Part shown: piece after piece, positions 32,355-45,233 of the stretch
How positions within the stretch are numbered: position 1 is the first letter of the stretch
How the letters are laid out: each line of letters opens with the position of its first letter
Sequence record: PZ445523.1
Length of the DNA stretch: 64,000 nucleotides
Source of the DNA: a phage
Strand: one strand, 5' to 3'
Made by a program: the position numbers and the translations under genes
Notes under the pieces: generated by a model
The model's input: the letters and a program-made list of their open reading frames with translations, nothing else
Told to the model about the DNA's origin: nothing
Databases searched by the model: none

Positions 32355-32875
32355 GTTGATCCCAGCTCCTTACTTTCAACATTTTTAACTAATTTGACAG
32401 AAACTAATTCAGCATCTTGAGTAATCATTACCGGACCTTCTTCATACTCTTCAAGATATTCTAGAGCTTTCTTTTTAGCTTCTTCCTTCGTATCAGTTTG
32501 AGCATAGATATAAAACATACAACCAGTAATACCTACTACTTTCCACTTAATTTCTTTATCAGCTTTAATTTCAAATTTACTGACAGAATCATCTTTTTGA
32601 ACTTCTTCGAAAAAAGAATATTCTAACATATAAGCAATTGAAAATAACGGGCTAACTTTATAGGATTCGCCCATTACATCAACAGCTTTATACCAGCAGT
32701 CATCAATTTCGCGTTTAATGCTAATAACATTTTTCGCAGGATCTATTTTTACTTTAAATGAATTTTCTCCAATAAACTGAGCAATTCGTTTATTAGCCCC
32801 GCAAGTTTCATTAAAAATATCTTTATATCCAGCTTTAAAGCGATAAACCTTATCTTCTTCAAACCATTCGCTCAT
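32345..32875 (-). CDS. hypothetical protein
   Basis: 176-aa ORF; early-type promoter within inverted repeat upstream. Confidence 0.5.
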   Translation of the reverse strand: MSEWFEEDKVYRFKAGYKDIFNETCGANKRIAQFIGENSFKVKIDPAKNVISIKREIDDCWYKAVDVMGESYKVSPLFSIAYMLEYSFFEEVQKDDSVSKFEIKADKEIKWKVVGITGCMFYIYAQTDTKEEAKKKALEYLEEYEEGPVMITQDAELVSVKLVKNVESKELGSTCY

Positions 32876-32904
32876 TTCAATTTCCTCGTTTGTTTTGGTA
32901 GAGC

Positions 32905-32935
32905 TATAATATCACAACTCTACCGTAAAGTAAAC
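32905..32935 (-). promoter_or_regulatory. early-type promoter for the 176-aa cd-region ORF
   Basis: GTTTAC, 18-nt spacer, TGATATTAT; -10 lies in the loop of a 7-bp inverted repeat. Confidence 0.45.
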
Positions 32936-32937
32936 TA

Positions 32938-33213
32938 TTAAATTGCTTTGAATTCTGATGTCTGTGATTCAAAGCGAATGTCGCCTTTGATAACTAGCTC
33001 AGCATCAAGACCAAATACGACAATGATATGCGCGGAACCTGGATACAGTGTAATGGCAATAGAATCCACCTGGTCTGGAAGCAAAGTGTTCAATACATGA
33101 GTCACTTGAGCATGGATTCGAAGCTCAGCTGCATTATCAAGTTTTTCAAACATATTATTAGCTATAATTTGGCTAAACACTACTTCTACGATTTTAGAGT
33201 AAGTCGGAAACAT
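32938..33213 (-). CDS. hypothetical protein
   Basis: 91-aa ORF. Confidence 0.4.
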   Translation of the reverse strand: MFPTYSKIVEVVFSQIIANNMFEKLDNAAELRIHAQVTHVLNTLLPDQVDSIAITLYPGSAHIIVVFGLDAELVIKGDIRFESQTSEFKAI

Positions 33214-33277
33214 ATTTACCTCACATAATTTTCTTCAAGCCAATTAATAATATCCCAAGTTTTATGATGCAAAGCCA

Positions 33278-34481
<1,204 letters not shown>

Positions 34482-34485
<4 letters not shown>

Positions 34486-34712
34486 TTATTTTTCTCAACC
34501 AGTGATTGAATATAATCATGCAGGTCTTTAGATGCTTTACCCCACTTATTTTGGTATTCATTTTTAAGATTAGCACGTGATTGAGCTAATAAAACATCAT
34601 TAGTTGGAGGTAAAGATTCTAACCGCTGAATCTGGCGTCCATAAATCATTGCAGCCATCTCGGATTCATAAATCAATCCTTTGAGATGTTCAAATTGATG
34701 CCATGAAATCAT
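34482..34712 (-). CDS. hypothetical protein
   Basis: 76-aa ORF. Confidence 0.5.
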
Positions 34713-35008
34713 TTACATTTATCCTCTTTTAACTCTTGGCGATAATAACATATCATAGTTTTCTGGTCGTGTACATATCGTTTTACATCATTAAGCCAAA
34801 TACGAAATTCCTGAGAATCTTCAAATGGCATACCGACCCAAGCTTTACCATCAATAACTTTAACTTGCCAAGATAATTTAGCTTCGTCATATGACTTTAT
34901 TTGTACAGGCCAATTAGGATGAACTGTTTCTTTCTTTACTTCTAGAGGCTTTGTCGAACAACCAACTAGAAGACCAATAGATAATATTACTGCTGATAGT
35001 TTAATCAT
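34709..35008 (-). CDS. outer-membrane spanin-like lipoprotein (Rz1-like, T4 pseT.2-like)
   Basis: 99-aa ORF with signal peptide and lipobox LVGC. Confidence 0.6.
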   Translation of the reverse strand: MIKLSAVILSIGLLVGCSTKPLEVKKETVHPNWPVQIKSYDEAKLSWQVKVIDGKAWVGMPFEDSQEFRIWLNDVKRYVHDQKTMICYYRQELKEDKCK

Positions 35009-35358
35009 TTAGAAAGGTCCTGGATGTCTTCTGCGAACTTGTTGAAGGAGTTGTTGATTTGTTTTTCAACCAATCCTGGCTTATGAGCCACCACATCCGC
35101 CTTCTTTGCATCTTTGCGCAGTTTTTCATTTTCACGCTCAATAGCAGCAATTGCCTCACGATTTTTATTATTCATCGCATCAATATAATTATACTGAATT
35201 TGCAAATTATTTAACGCTAAGGCGTTTTCATTGGCCGTTTTTGTAATTTCAGTAACTGATGTTTCTAATCTTTCTACCTTATTTTTTAAAATAATAGATG
35301 TTCCGCCAAATGCTATTACAAGTAATAGCAATCCAGCTGTAAAATTACTTACATGCAT
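35005..35358 (-). CDS. inner-membrane spanin-like protein (Rz-like, T4 pseT.3-like)
   Basis: 117-aa ORF, N-terminal TM helix then coiled-coil-like region; overlaps the lipoprotein ORF. Confidence 0.6.
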   Translation of the reverse strand: MHVSNFTAGLLLLVIAFGGTSIILKNKVERLETSVTEITKTANENALALNNLQIQYNYIDAMNNKNREAIAAIERENEKLRKDAKKADVVAHKPGLVEKQINNSFNKFAEDIQDLSK

Positions 35359-35855
35359 AAAGTTTTAATAACCTCTACAATATCGTCTTGAGAAAGACCG
35401 TTAATTAAAATATGGTGTTCAGCTGGAGATTTAGAAATTTTAAAGCATGCCTCAACATCTTCTGCCATATCCGATGCACTACGATTTGGATTACTAATTC
35501 CAAGACGATGCTTTCCAGTCAAAGGATTAACAATAATGTAGCATTTACAACTATTGATATGAACATTAGGTTGAGTCTGATTAATGAACACTTCACAATC
35601 ATACTTAGCGAGTTGATTTTCTAAAAAGACTTTCATCTCTTCAACCGCATCAGGAAGCATATCACGGGCTTGCTCAAGACGACGATTTCGATATTCTTTA
35701 ATGGTCGTTTTCCGCTTGACTTGCTTAGCTAAATCTTTCTTAAGATCGGTGATATATCCAACTCGACGATTTCCTTTAAATACAGAAATCCCATCTGTAG
35801 TATCACCGTATGCTTCAACGACCATTTCTGTAGTAATAAGTTGTAAATCCATCAT
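35349..35855 (-). CDS. alc: Alc transcription terminator / host shutoff protein
   Basis: 168-aa ORF at T4 alc position between spanins and rnlA. Confidence 0.7.
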   Translation of the reverse strand: MMDLQLITTEMVVEAYGDTTDGISVFKGNRRVGYITDLKKDLAKQVKRKTTIKEYRNRRLEQARDMLPDAVEEMKVFLENQLAKYDCEVFINQTQPNVHINSCKCYIIVNPLTGKHRLGISNPNRSASDMAEDVEACFKISKSPAEHHILINGLSQDDIVEVIKTLCM

Positions 35856-35883
35856 AAAGTCCTCATGTTATGTCAGTAAGACT

Positions 35884-35913
35884 ACTATAACACAACACGA
35901 GGGACTTGTAAAC
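35884..35913 (-). promoter_or_regulatory. T4-type early promoter for alc (second copy of the duplicated cassette)
   Basis: GTTTAC, 18-nt spacer, TGTTATAGT, RBS GAGGA then ATGATG of alc. Confidence 0.6.
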
Positions 35914-35916
35914 AGC

Positions 35917-37504
<1,588 letters not shown>

Positions 37505-37513
37505 AATAAAATG

Positions 37514-37527
37514 GGCCTTGCGGCCCA
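37514..37527 (-). terminator. hairpin between nrdB and denA
   Basis: GGGCC-GCAA-GGCCC then AUUUUAUU. Confidence 0.45.
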
Positions 37528-37531
37528 CTCC

Positions 37532-38710
37532 TTAAAAGTATTTTTTAAAACTCATCATAACTTTATCATCAACATCATTATCAATCTGTGCAACAAGGTA
37601 AGATGACAGTTCTACTTCTTGTGGCGCGGATTGAACATTATCAGAATTAAGATATTCACGAATCCAAGGATATGGATGTTTAACCGGAGCATCGGTAATT
37701 GGGCATGGAAGACCACACTGCTTCATACGAGATACAGTTAAGTAATCAATAAAGCTCCACATGCTATTTGTATTTAATCCAGGAACATCGCCATCTTTAA
37801 ATAAATGAACTGCCCAATCTTTTTCTTGGCGGTTAACTTCCATGAAAATATCAACTGCTTCTTGCTCACACTCTTGAGCAATTTTAACCCATTCATCGCC
37901 ATCAGTGCCAAGTTGAAGTTGACGAATAATATATTGAGTGCCTTTAAGGTGAAGCTGTTCATCACGTGCAATGAACTTCATAATCTTGGCATTACCTTCC
38001 ATGATTTCCATATTCTTATGAAAGTTAAAGGTACATGCAAAAGATACATAAAAACGAATAGCTTCCAATGCGTTGATTACATGAAGGCAAAGATAAAGAG
38101 ATTTCATTAGTGCTCGTTTAGCTTCGGCTTCTTGTTTAATAGCTCGATTTAAACGAAAATCAGCATCAGGAGATTCTTTAGCTAGTTCTACAAATTCTTT
38201 AGCATTTTCCCATTCACGAGTTTTAATCAGAACATCATCATAATAACGTCCAATGGATTCAGCACGTTTCATAATAGCTTCATCTAGTACAATCTCATCA
38301 AATACCTTTGACGGATCAGTATAAAGATTTCGCATGATATGTGTATATGAACGGCTGTGAATAGTTTCACTAAAAGTCCACGTAGCAACCCATGTATCAA
38401 GGCTCGGGTCTGAAATTAATGACATAAGTACAGCAGACGGCGCACGACCCTGAATGCTATCCAAAAGCGATTGATACTTCAGATTATTAGTAAAAATATT
38501 TTGCTGATACTGAGGAAGCTTATTAAACTGTGCAGCATCCATCATTAAGTTTACTTCTTCGGGACGCCAGAAAAATGACAATTGCTTTTCGGTCAAATCT
38601 TCAAAAACTTTATGGCGTTGAATATCATAACGTGCAATACCAAGACCTGAACCAAAAAACATAGGTTCTTTTAAAACATCAACTGGATTTGTATTAAAAA
38701 CTGTGCTCAT
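37532..38710 (-). CDS. nrdB: ribonucleotide reductase small subunit, uninterrupted
   Basis: 392-aa contiguous ORF with di-iron/tyrosyl radical region; no intron. Confidence 0.92.
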   Translation of the reverse strand: MSTVFNTNPVDVLKEPMFFGSGLGIARYDIQRHKVFEDLTEKQLSFFWRPEEVNLMMDAAQFNKLPQYQQNIFTNNLKYQSLLDSIQGRAPSAVLMSLISDPSLDTWVATWTFSETIHSRSYTHIMRNLYTDPSKVFDEIVLDEAIMKRAESIGRYYDDVLIKTREWENAKEFVELAKESPDADFRLNRAIKQEAEAKRALMKSLYLCLHVINALEAIRFYVSFACTFNFHKNMEIMEGNAKIMKFIARDEQLHLKGTQYIIRQLQLGTDGDEWVKIAQECEQEAVDIFMEVNRQEKDWAVHLFKDGDVPGLNTNSMWSFIDYLTVSRMKQCGLPCPITDAPVKHPYPWIREYLNSDNVQSAPQEVELSSYLVAQIDNDVDDKVMMSFKKYF

Positions 38711-38761
38711 AAATTTTCCACTTAGTTAATAGTTGGTGAATCGTCCGTGAGTCAAATTATA

Positions 38762-41026
38762 TCATAATTTACAGGATGAACAATCTTCAGCTTTTGGAGT
38801 TTCTATTTCATAATCATCAGTACCAGAACCATCGCGGGTATTATGATAATAGAAATTTTTTCCGCCAAAATACCAAAAATACAAAAGGTCATCAATCATT
38901 ATTGACATTGGAACCTTTCCTTTTGGAAAAATCTGCGGGTCATAGTATGTATTCGTTGAAGCTGATTGACACACCCATTTCAGCATAATAGCTACCTGCG
39001 TAAGATAAGGTTTATTACCTTTCTTAGCTAATTTCCACGTATAATCATATAGGTCTATGTTATGCTCAATATTGGGCACGACTTGATTAAAGGAGCCCTC
39101 TTTTGATTCTTTAACAGAGACTGGTCCACGTGGAGGCTCGATACCGTTTGTACTGTTAGAAACTTGGGAAGATGACTCACATGGCATAAGTGCTGATAAT
39201 GTGCTATTACGGATGCCAAAGAGCTTAAGGTCTTCCCGCAGCGACGACCAGTCACAAACGTATTTTGGAGCTGCGATTTGGTCAATCTTTTTATTGTACC
39301 AGTCGATAGGTAATTCGCCTCGAGACCAACGAGTGTCTGAATAATATTCGCAAGGTCCTTTTTCTTTGGCGAGCTTAATGGATGCTTTAATGAGTCCATA
39401 CTGTAATCTCTCAAATAGTTCATGTGTTAAATCGTTAGCATCTTCATAAGAAGCAAAGTTACTTGCCAGCCAAGCTGCATAGTTGGTAACACCTACACCG
39501 AGGTTACGACGCTTTTTGGCTTTTTCTGCTTCAGGAACCGGATATCCTTGGTAATCCAAAAGATTATCAAGAGCACGAACTTGGACTTCTGCCAATTCAT
39601 TAATTTTATCTTGGTCTTGCCAATCAAAGTTATCCAGCACAAATGCTGATAACGTGCACAATCCAATTTCAGCATCAGGGCTATTCACATCATTTGTTGG
39701 AATAGCAATTTCACAGCACAAGTTACTCTGACGAATAGGTGCCTTTTCACGAATAAACGGAGTGTAGTTATTCGTATTATCAATGAACTGCACATAAATC
39801 CTTGCTGTTCCTGAACGTTCAGTCATGAGCAATTCAAATAGTTCACGAGCTTTAATACGCTTTTTACGAATATTAGGGTCTTTTTCTGCTGCTTCGTATA
39901 ATTCACGGAAACGGTCTTGGTCTTTAAAATAAGAATAATAAAGCTCTCCACCCATTTCATGTGGACTGAACAAAGTAATGTAATCGTTCTTTCCAAAACG
40001 TTCCATCATTAGGTCATTCAGTTGAACACCATAATCCATATGACGGATACGGTTTTCTTCTACACCTTTGTTATTTTTCAAAACGAGAAGATTTTCAACT
40101 TCCAAATGCCAAATAGGATAATAAGCAGTTGCAGCGCCGCCACGAATTCCGCCCTGTGAACATGATTTAACAGCAGTCTGAAAATGTTTCCAAAAAGGAA
40201 TAACCCCAGTATGGCGTACTTCACCCATGCCAATCTTAGAACCTTCGGCACGAATCATACCAACGTTAATACCAATTCCAGCGCGTTTAGAGATATATTC
40301 AACAATCGAAGCGGAAGCCTTATTGATAGACTTCAGCGAATCACCTGCCTCAATAACAACACATGAACTAAACTGTCGAGTCGGAGTACGACAACCAGCC
40401 ATAATAGGAGTTGGTAATGAAATCTGTCGAGTAGATACTGCTTCATAAAAACTAATAACATGTTTTAATCTATCAACAGGTTCATCTTGATGCAATGCCA
40501 TTCCAATAGTCATAAATGCAAACTGCGGAGTTTCATAAATTTGACCAGTGGTTTTATCTTTAACTAGATATTTTTCTTTTAATTGCATCGCCCCGGAATA
40601 AGTAAATTCCATATCCCGTTCGTGCTTAATTTTTGATTCTAAAAATGTAATTTCTTCTGCTGAATATTTTGACAATAATTCAGGGTCATATTTACCTTCA
40701 TTTACACAATAAGAAATATGGTCAATAAATGAACGTGGTTCATACTGTCCATAAACATGCTTACGAAGAGCAAACATTAAACAGCGTGCAGCTACATATT
40801 GATAATCAGGCTCTTCAACTGAAATAGAATTCGCAGCAGCCTTAATGACAATAGTCTGAATATCATCAGTTGTCATTCCATCACGGAGATAAGATTTAAT
40901 ATTTTCATATAATTCATAAGGATCTACTGATGTTCCTTCAGCTGCCCAAGATAAAACTTTAATAATTTTTTGCGGGTCAAAGCTCTGAGAAACACCACTA
41001 CTTTTGATAACATTAATTAATTGCAT
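38762..41026 (-). CDS. nrdA: ribonucleotide reductase large subunit
   Basis: 754-aa ORF with active-site NLCCEIA. Confidence 0.92.
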   Translation of the reverse strand: MQLINVIKSSGVSQSFDPQKIIKVLSWAAEGTSVDPYELYENIKSYLRDGMTTDDIQTIVIKAAANSISVEEPDYQYVAARCLMFALRKHVYGQYEPRSFIDHISYCVNEGKYDPELLSKYSAEEITFLESKIKHERDMEFTYSGAMQLKEKYLVKDKTTGQIYETPQFAFMTIGMALHQDEPVDRLKHVISFYEAVSTRQISLPTPIMAGCRTPTRQFSSCVVIEAGDSLKSINKASASIVEYISKRAGIGINVGMIRAEGSKIGMGEVRHTGVIPFWKHFQTAVKSCSQGGIRGGAATAYYPIWHLEVENLLVLKNNKGVEENRIRHMDYGVQLNDLMMERFGKNDYITLFSPHEMGGELYYSYFKDQDRFRELYEAAEKDPNIRKKRIKARELFELLMTERSGTARIYVQFIDNTNNYTPFIREKAPIRQSNLCCEIAIPTNDVNSPDAEIGLCTLSAFVLDNFDWQDQDKINELAEVQVRALDNLLDYQGYPVPEAEKAKKRRNLGVGVTNYAAWLASNFASYEDANDLTHELFERLQYGLIKASIKLAKEKGPCEYYSDTRWSRGELPIDWYNKKIDQIAAPKYVCDWSSLREDLKLFGIRNSTLSALMPCESSSQVSNSTNGIEPPRGPVSVKESKEGSFNQVVPNIEHNIDLYDYTWKLAKKGNKPYLTQVAIMLKWVCQSASTNTYYDPQIFPKGKVPMSIMIDDLLYFWYFGGKNFYYHNTRDGSGTDDYEIETPKAEDCSSCKL

Positions 41027-41343
41027 AAGTCCTCAACTTGAAAATCGTCTTTAAACAATCGGTTAACTATATGAGCTATTATATCACCATGACACGGCTT
41101 TGGTTTACATGTGCATCCTAGCCTCATTCCACGTAAAGGCTCTAAATGTGCTTTAGTTATTTCTCCGGATTTAATTCGACGTATAAAATCTTTTTTGAAT
41201 AATTCAATGGCAGCCTCCCGGCTGCCAGCATCTTTACCGACGTAATTTCCCCAAAATGTACCGCGGTGAATATTAACATCAAAGTCGGATTTATATTTAT
41301 TCACTACCTGGCATAGACGGCCCGCGTGGTGATAATTCGTCAT
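41017..41343 (-). CDS. hypothetical protein (nrdA.1 position)
   Basis: 108-aa ORF. Confidence 0.5.
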   Translation of the reverse strand: MTNYHHAGRLCQVVNKYKSDFDVNIHRGTFWGNYVGKDAGSREAAIELFKKDFIRRIKSGEITKAHLEPLRGMRLGCTCKPKPCHGDIIAHIVNRLFKDDFQVEDLCN

Positions 41344-41572
41344 ATTGTTTTTCCGTTAAAACAGTAATATCATAGTAACAATCAGAAGAAGTTTTAACTG
41401 TAGAAATTTTATTATCAAAATACTCACGAGTCATTTTATGAGTATAATATTTTTTGCCATAAATGATAATAGGCTGATTTGGTCCTGGAACTTCTAGCTC
41501 ACTTGGATTAGGAAGTGTAAAAAGAACTACACCAGAAGTATCTTTAAATCGTAAAATCATATATCCTCGCAA
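41297..41572 (-). CDS. hypothetical protein (nrdA.2 position)
   Basis: 91-aa ORF. Confidence 0.45.
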   Translation of the reverse strand: MRGYMILRFKDTSGVVLFTLPNPSELEVPGPNQPIIIYGKKYYTHKMTREYFDNKISTVKTSSDCYYDITVLTEKQYDELSPRGPSMPGSE

Positions 41573-41580
41573 TAATAAAA

Positions 41581-42441
41581 TTACACCGCCATCTTTCCTT
41601 TAATTGGCGGGTGAGATACATAGTTGTTAAGAACAAAATTATGCGGCTTTGCGAATTGACTCAACCAAAATACCTGCGATTCTGTGTTCCATTCATCAAA
41701 TTCATCTGGAAATTTTAATTGTAATTCGCATAAATCCATAGGTTCACGACGCAAAATTTCTTTACATTGTTCTACGTGATTCATATAGATATGAGTATTA
41801 CCACCAGAAAATATCAAATCTCCAGGAATAAGATTACACATCTTAGCTACAATATGAACTAACGTAGCATATGATGCAATATTAAATGGAAGACCGAGGA
41901 AAACATCTACCGAACGTTGATACCACTGCAAATCCAAATAGCCGTTACGCACATTAAACTGATAGAACATATGACAAGGCGGTAATGCCATCTGCTTGAG
42001 TTCAGCTGGATTCCATGCAGAAACAATTTGACGCCTATCATTTGGCAATTTTTTAATACGATCAACAACTTCTATAATTTGGTCTACACCGCCAAAATCG
42101 CGCCATTGTTTTCCATAAATTGGACCAAGTTCACCGCTATGGTATCCTAAATCTTTTGCTTGATTTTCGTAATTTTCATCCCAGACTGTTTTGCCTTGAA
42201 TTAATGAATCATGTTGAATTAATCGTAAATCATTGACATTTGTGCTTCCCGATAAAAACCATATTAGCTCAGCAATGCAAGCTTTCCAGGCGAGCTTCTT
42301 AGTTGTTACTGCAGGAAAACCTTTAGTTAAATCCCAGCGTAATTTAGTACCGAACAAAGCAATTGTTCCTGTGCCCGTTCTGTCATCGGTTTCATAGCCA
42401 TTTTCAAAAATGTCTTTAATTAAATCTTGGTATTGTTTCAT
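41581..42441 (-). CDS. td: thymidylate synthase, uninterrupted
   Basis: 286-aa contiguous ORF with PPCHMFYQF active-site motif; no intron. Confidence 0.92.
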   Translation of the reverse strand: MKQYQDLIKDIFENGYETDDRTGTGTIALFGTKLRWDLTKGFPAVTTKKLAWKACIAELIWFLSGSTNVNDLRLIQHDSLIQGKTVWDENYENQAKDLGYHSGELGPIYGKQWRDFGGVDQIIEVVDRIKKLPNDRRQIVSAWNPAELKQMALPPCHMFYQFNVRNGYLDLQWYQRSVDVFLGLPFNIASYATLVHIVAKMCNLIPGDLIFSGGNTHIYMNHVEQCKEILRREPMDLCELQLKFPDEFDEWNTESQVFWLSQFAKPHNFVLNNYVSHPPIKGKMAV

Positions 42442-42486
42442 TTAGTACCTTATATAAATTATAATACATTTTATGAAGCTAAATAA

Positions 42487-42846
42487 TCAATACGGTTTAG
42501 CATCAAATTTTCTCTCAATTTCAGGCGTGAAATATAATTCTTTACCGCGTTTGGAAAAGCGACCAATAATATGATAATTATTCTCATCAAACGTAATATT
42601 ACCAATATCCATAGCTTTCAACCAAATATCGATATTTCTATCCAGCTTTATGTCAAAATTCCAATACGGAGAACTATTACCGAAAATACTGCAAGCAGAT
42701 TCAGTGAAACAACTGCTATAAATCTTGTCTTTAGGAACTACTAATTGATAGACACCTTTAATAAACTGAGGACCCTGCCATTTAGGTTGTTTCACGTCTT
42801 TTTCTAATAGAATAGGGTAATAATTAAAATTCATATTTTCCGCCAC
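42487..42846 (-). CDS. hypothetical protein inserted between frd and td
   Basis: ORF starts at GTG 42846 (119 aa) or ATG 42834 (115 aa); no motif recognised; absent from the T4 frd-td junction. Confidence 0.5.
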   Translation of the reverse strand: MAENMNFNYYPILLEKDVKQPKWQGPQFIKGVYQLVVPKDKIYSSCFTESACSIFGNSSPYWNFDIKLDRNIDIWLKAMDIGNITFDENNYHIIGRFSKRGKELYFTPEIERKFDAKPY

Positions 42847-42854
42847 GCGTTATT

Positions 42855-43677
<823 letters not shown>

Positions 43678-43693
<16 letters not shown>

Positions 43694-44037
43694 TGAAAAG
43701 AGTCATGAGCATATCCGCTAGCGTCAATCATTTTAACTAAAGTTACCATTCCTCTGTTAACTGCTTGCGCGATTTCATCAAAAACTTCGTCACTATCATC
43801 GTAAAGATCATTAAAAAGTTCTAACACGTTCTTCTGAACTTTTAATTTACGGCCGACAATTTCGCCTACAGTAAATTCGTTTCCGCCAAATCCAGCGTAA
43901 AATGTAATTACACCCATTAACTGGCTTTCACGGGAATCTATGTCGTGTGATAAATTAATAAAAGCCGTCCCAGGCGCGGTTTTAAGTTGGCAACGAATTT
44001 TTACTTGGGTAATTCCAGTTATATGAATGTTAGACAT
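43678..44037 (-). CDS. hypothetical protein (frd.2 position)
   Basis: 119-aa ORF. Confidence 0.5.
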
Positions 44038-44047
44038 AATATTTTCC

Positions 44048-44290
44048 TCAGACAGACTTTTTCACAATTTTCCAATCAGCTTTAAACTGCTCGACGTCAG
44101 AATGGTAAATCCAGAATCCTGCGCTTTCTCCGTCTTCATAAAGAGGACATCCATCGCATTCATCTTCCCATCCCATATCACGTAAAAGATGTTCAGCTTT
44201 TTCAACAAGTTCAGAATCTTTACCGATGATATTAAAATACCATTTACCTCTAACTTCCGAATCTTTAATGCTCTGACGTTGTAATCTCAT
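44048..44290 (-). CDS. hypothetical protein (frd.3 position)
   Basis: 80-aa ORF with GGAG RBS. Confidence 0.5.
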   Translation of the reverse strand: MRLQRQSIKDSEVRGKWYFNIIGKDSELVEKAEHLLRDMGWEDECDGCPLYEDGESAGFWIYHSDVEQFKADWKIVKKSV

Positions 44291-44399
44291 TTTATTCTCC
44301 TTAGCAAGCTTTAATCAAAAGATATAAACAAACCAACATAACTGCTGCCATAATATAAGGTGCGAACATTTTCTTTTCTCCATTAGTTTTGATAGGGTA

Positions 44400-44429
44400 A
44401 TAGTATCACACTACTACCCTGTTGTAAAC
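44400..44429 (-). promoter_or_regulatory. early-type promoter upstream of frd.3-position ORF
   Basis: GTTTAC, 18-nt spacer, TGATACTAT. Confidence 0.45.
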
Positions 44430-44815
44430 TACTTTTTGAAAGTTTTTCGCAAAAGTTCAATGATTTCATCTGCATTGTTTTCATCTACAATGCAGTGAAT
44501 TTTTGTTACACCAGAAACCTTGTCTTTAACTTCATCCTCTTCAGAAGTCGGTTCTTTATATTCGCGGAAACAATAAAACTCTTCTTCACTAAGTTCAAAA
44601 TAATCATCACCCATACCATCATCATTATAGATTTCACCATTAGCACAAATGATTTCGGTTACATAATCAAATCCATCTAAACTTGATATTGATTTAACTT
44701 CAAACCAACCACCATTTTCTTGAATGATGCCGACCATACTAGCATTTGATGAACTAATATCAATGAAAGATTTAATACGATGTGGATTTAACTCGTATTT
44801 TTTGCCGATTTCCAT
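44429..44815 (-). CDS. hypothetical acidic protein
   Basis: 128 aa from ATG 44815 with GAGGAAA RBS (track gives 133 aa). Confidence 0.45.
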   Translation of the reverse strand: MEIGKKYELNPHRIKSFIDISSSNASMVGIIQENGGWFEVKSISSLDGFDYVTEIICANGEIYNDDGMGDDYFELSEEEFYCFREYKEPTSEEDEVKDKVSGVTKIHCIVDENNADEIIELLRKTFKK

Positions 44816-44860
44816 TTTGATTTTCCTCATTTTAATAGGGGCTTGATAGCCCCTTGATAA

Positions 44861-45090
44861 TTATTGTTCAATCAGTCCCATGTAAAATTCTGCGTCTTCA
44901 GCATCCATACCGTCGCAGTATTCATTAGCCATAAAGCGGGTGAGGTCTTCAAGAGGACCTTCAATAACGATTTGAATACTCCAAAACTTAGAATCTTGCA
45001 CGCTTGTAATACTAAGTTCAGGATAACGATTACGAATAATCTCTTCAATATATTCAAAATCAACAATATCAATATCAACTTTAGCCATAT
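44861..45090 (-). CDS. hypothetical acidic protein
   Basis: 75 aa from [10 protein letters not shown] with AAAGAGGAAAA RBS; track N-terminal extension overlaps promoter. Confidence 0.45.
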
Positions 45091-45131
45091 TATTTTCCTC
45101 TTTAATTATTAGCAGTATTGTCGATAGTTGT

Positions 45132-45161
45132 ATAGTACCATGGAAGGACAAGGATGTAAAC
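45132..45161 (-). promoter_or_regulatory. early promoter downstream of the gene 32 terminator
   Basis: GTTTAC, 18-nt spacer, TGGTACTAT. Confidence 0.5.
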
Positions 45162-45192
45162 AGTTTTGTGAAAAAATTTTTGAAATAAAAAA

Positions 45193-45211
45193 GGGGACCT
45201 CTAGGGTCCCC
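45193..45211 (-). terminator. intrinsic terminator after gene 32
   Basis: GGGGACC-CTAGA-GGTCCCC followed by TTTTTTATTT on minus strand. Confidence 0.65.
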
Positions 45212-45233
45212 AATTAATTAGTAATATAATCTA

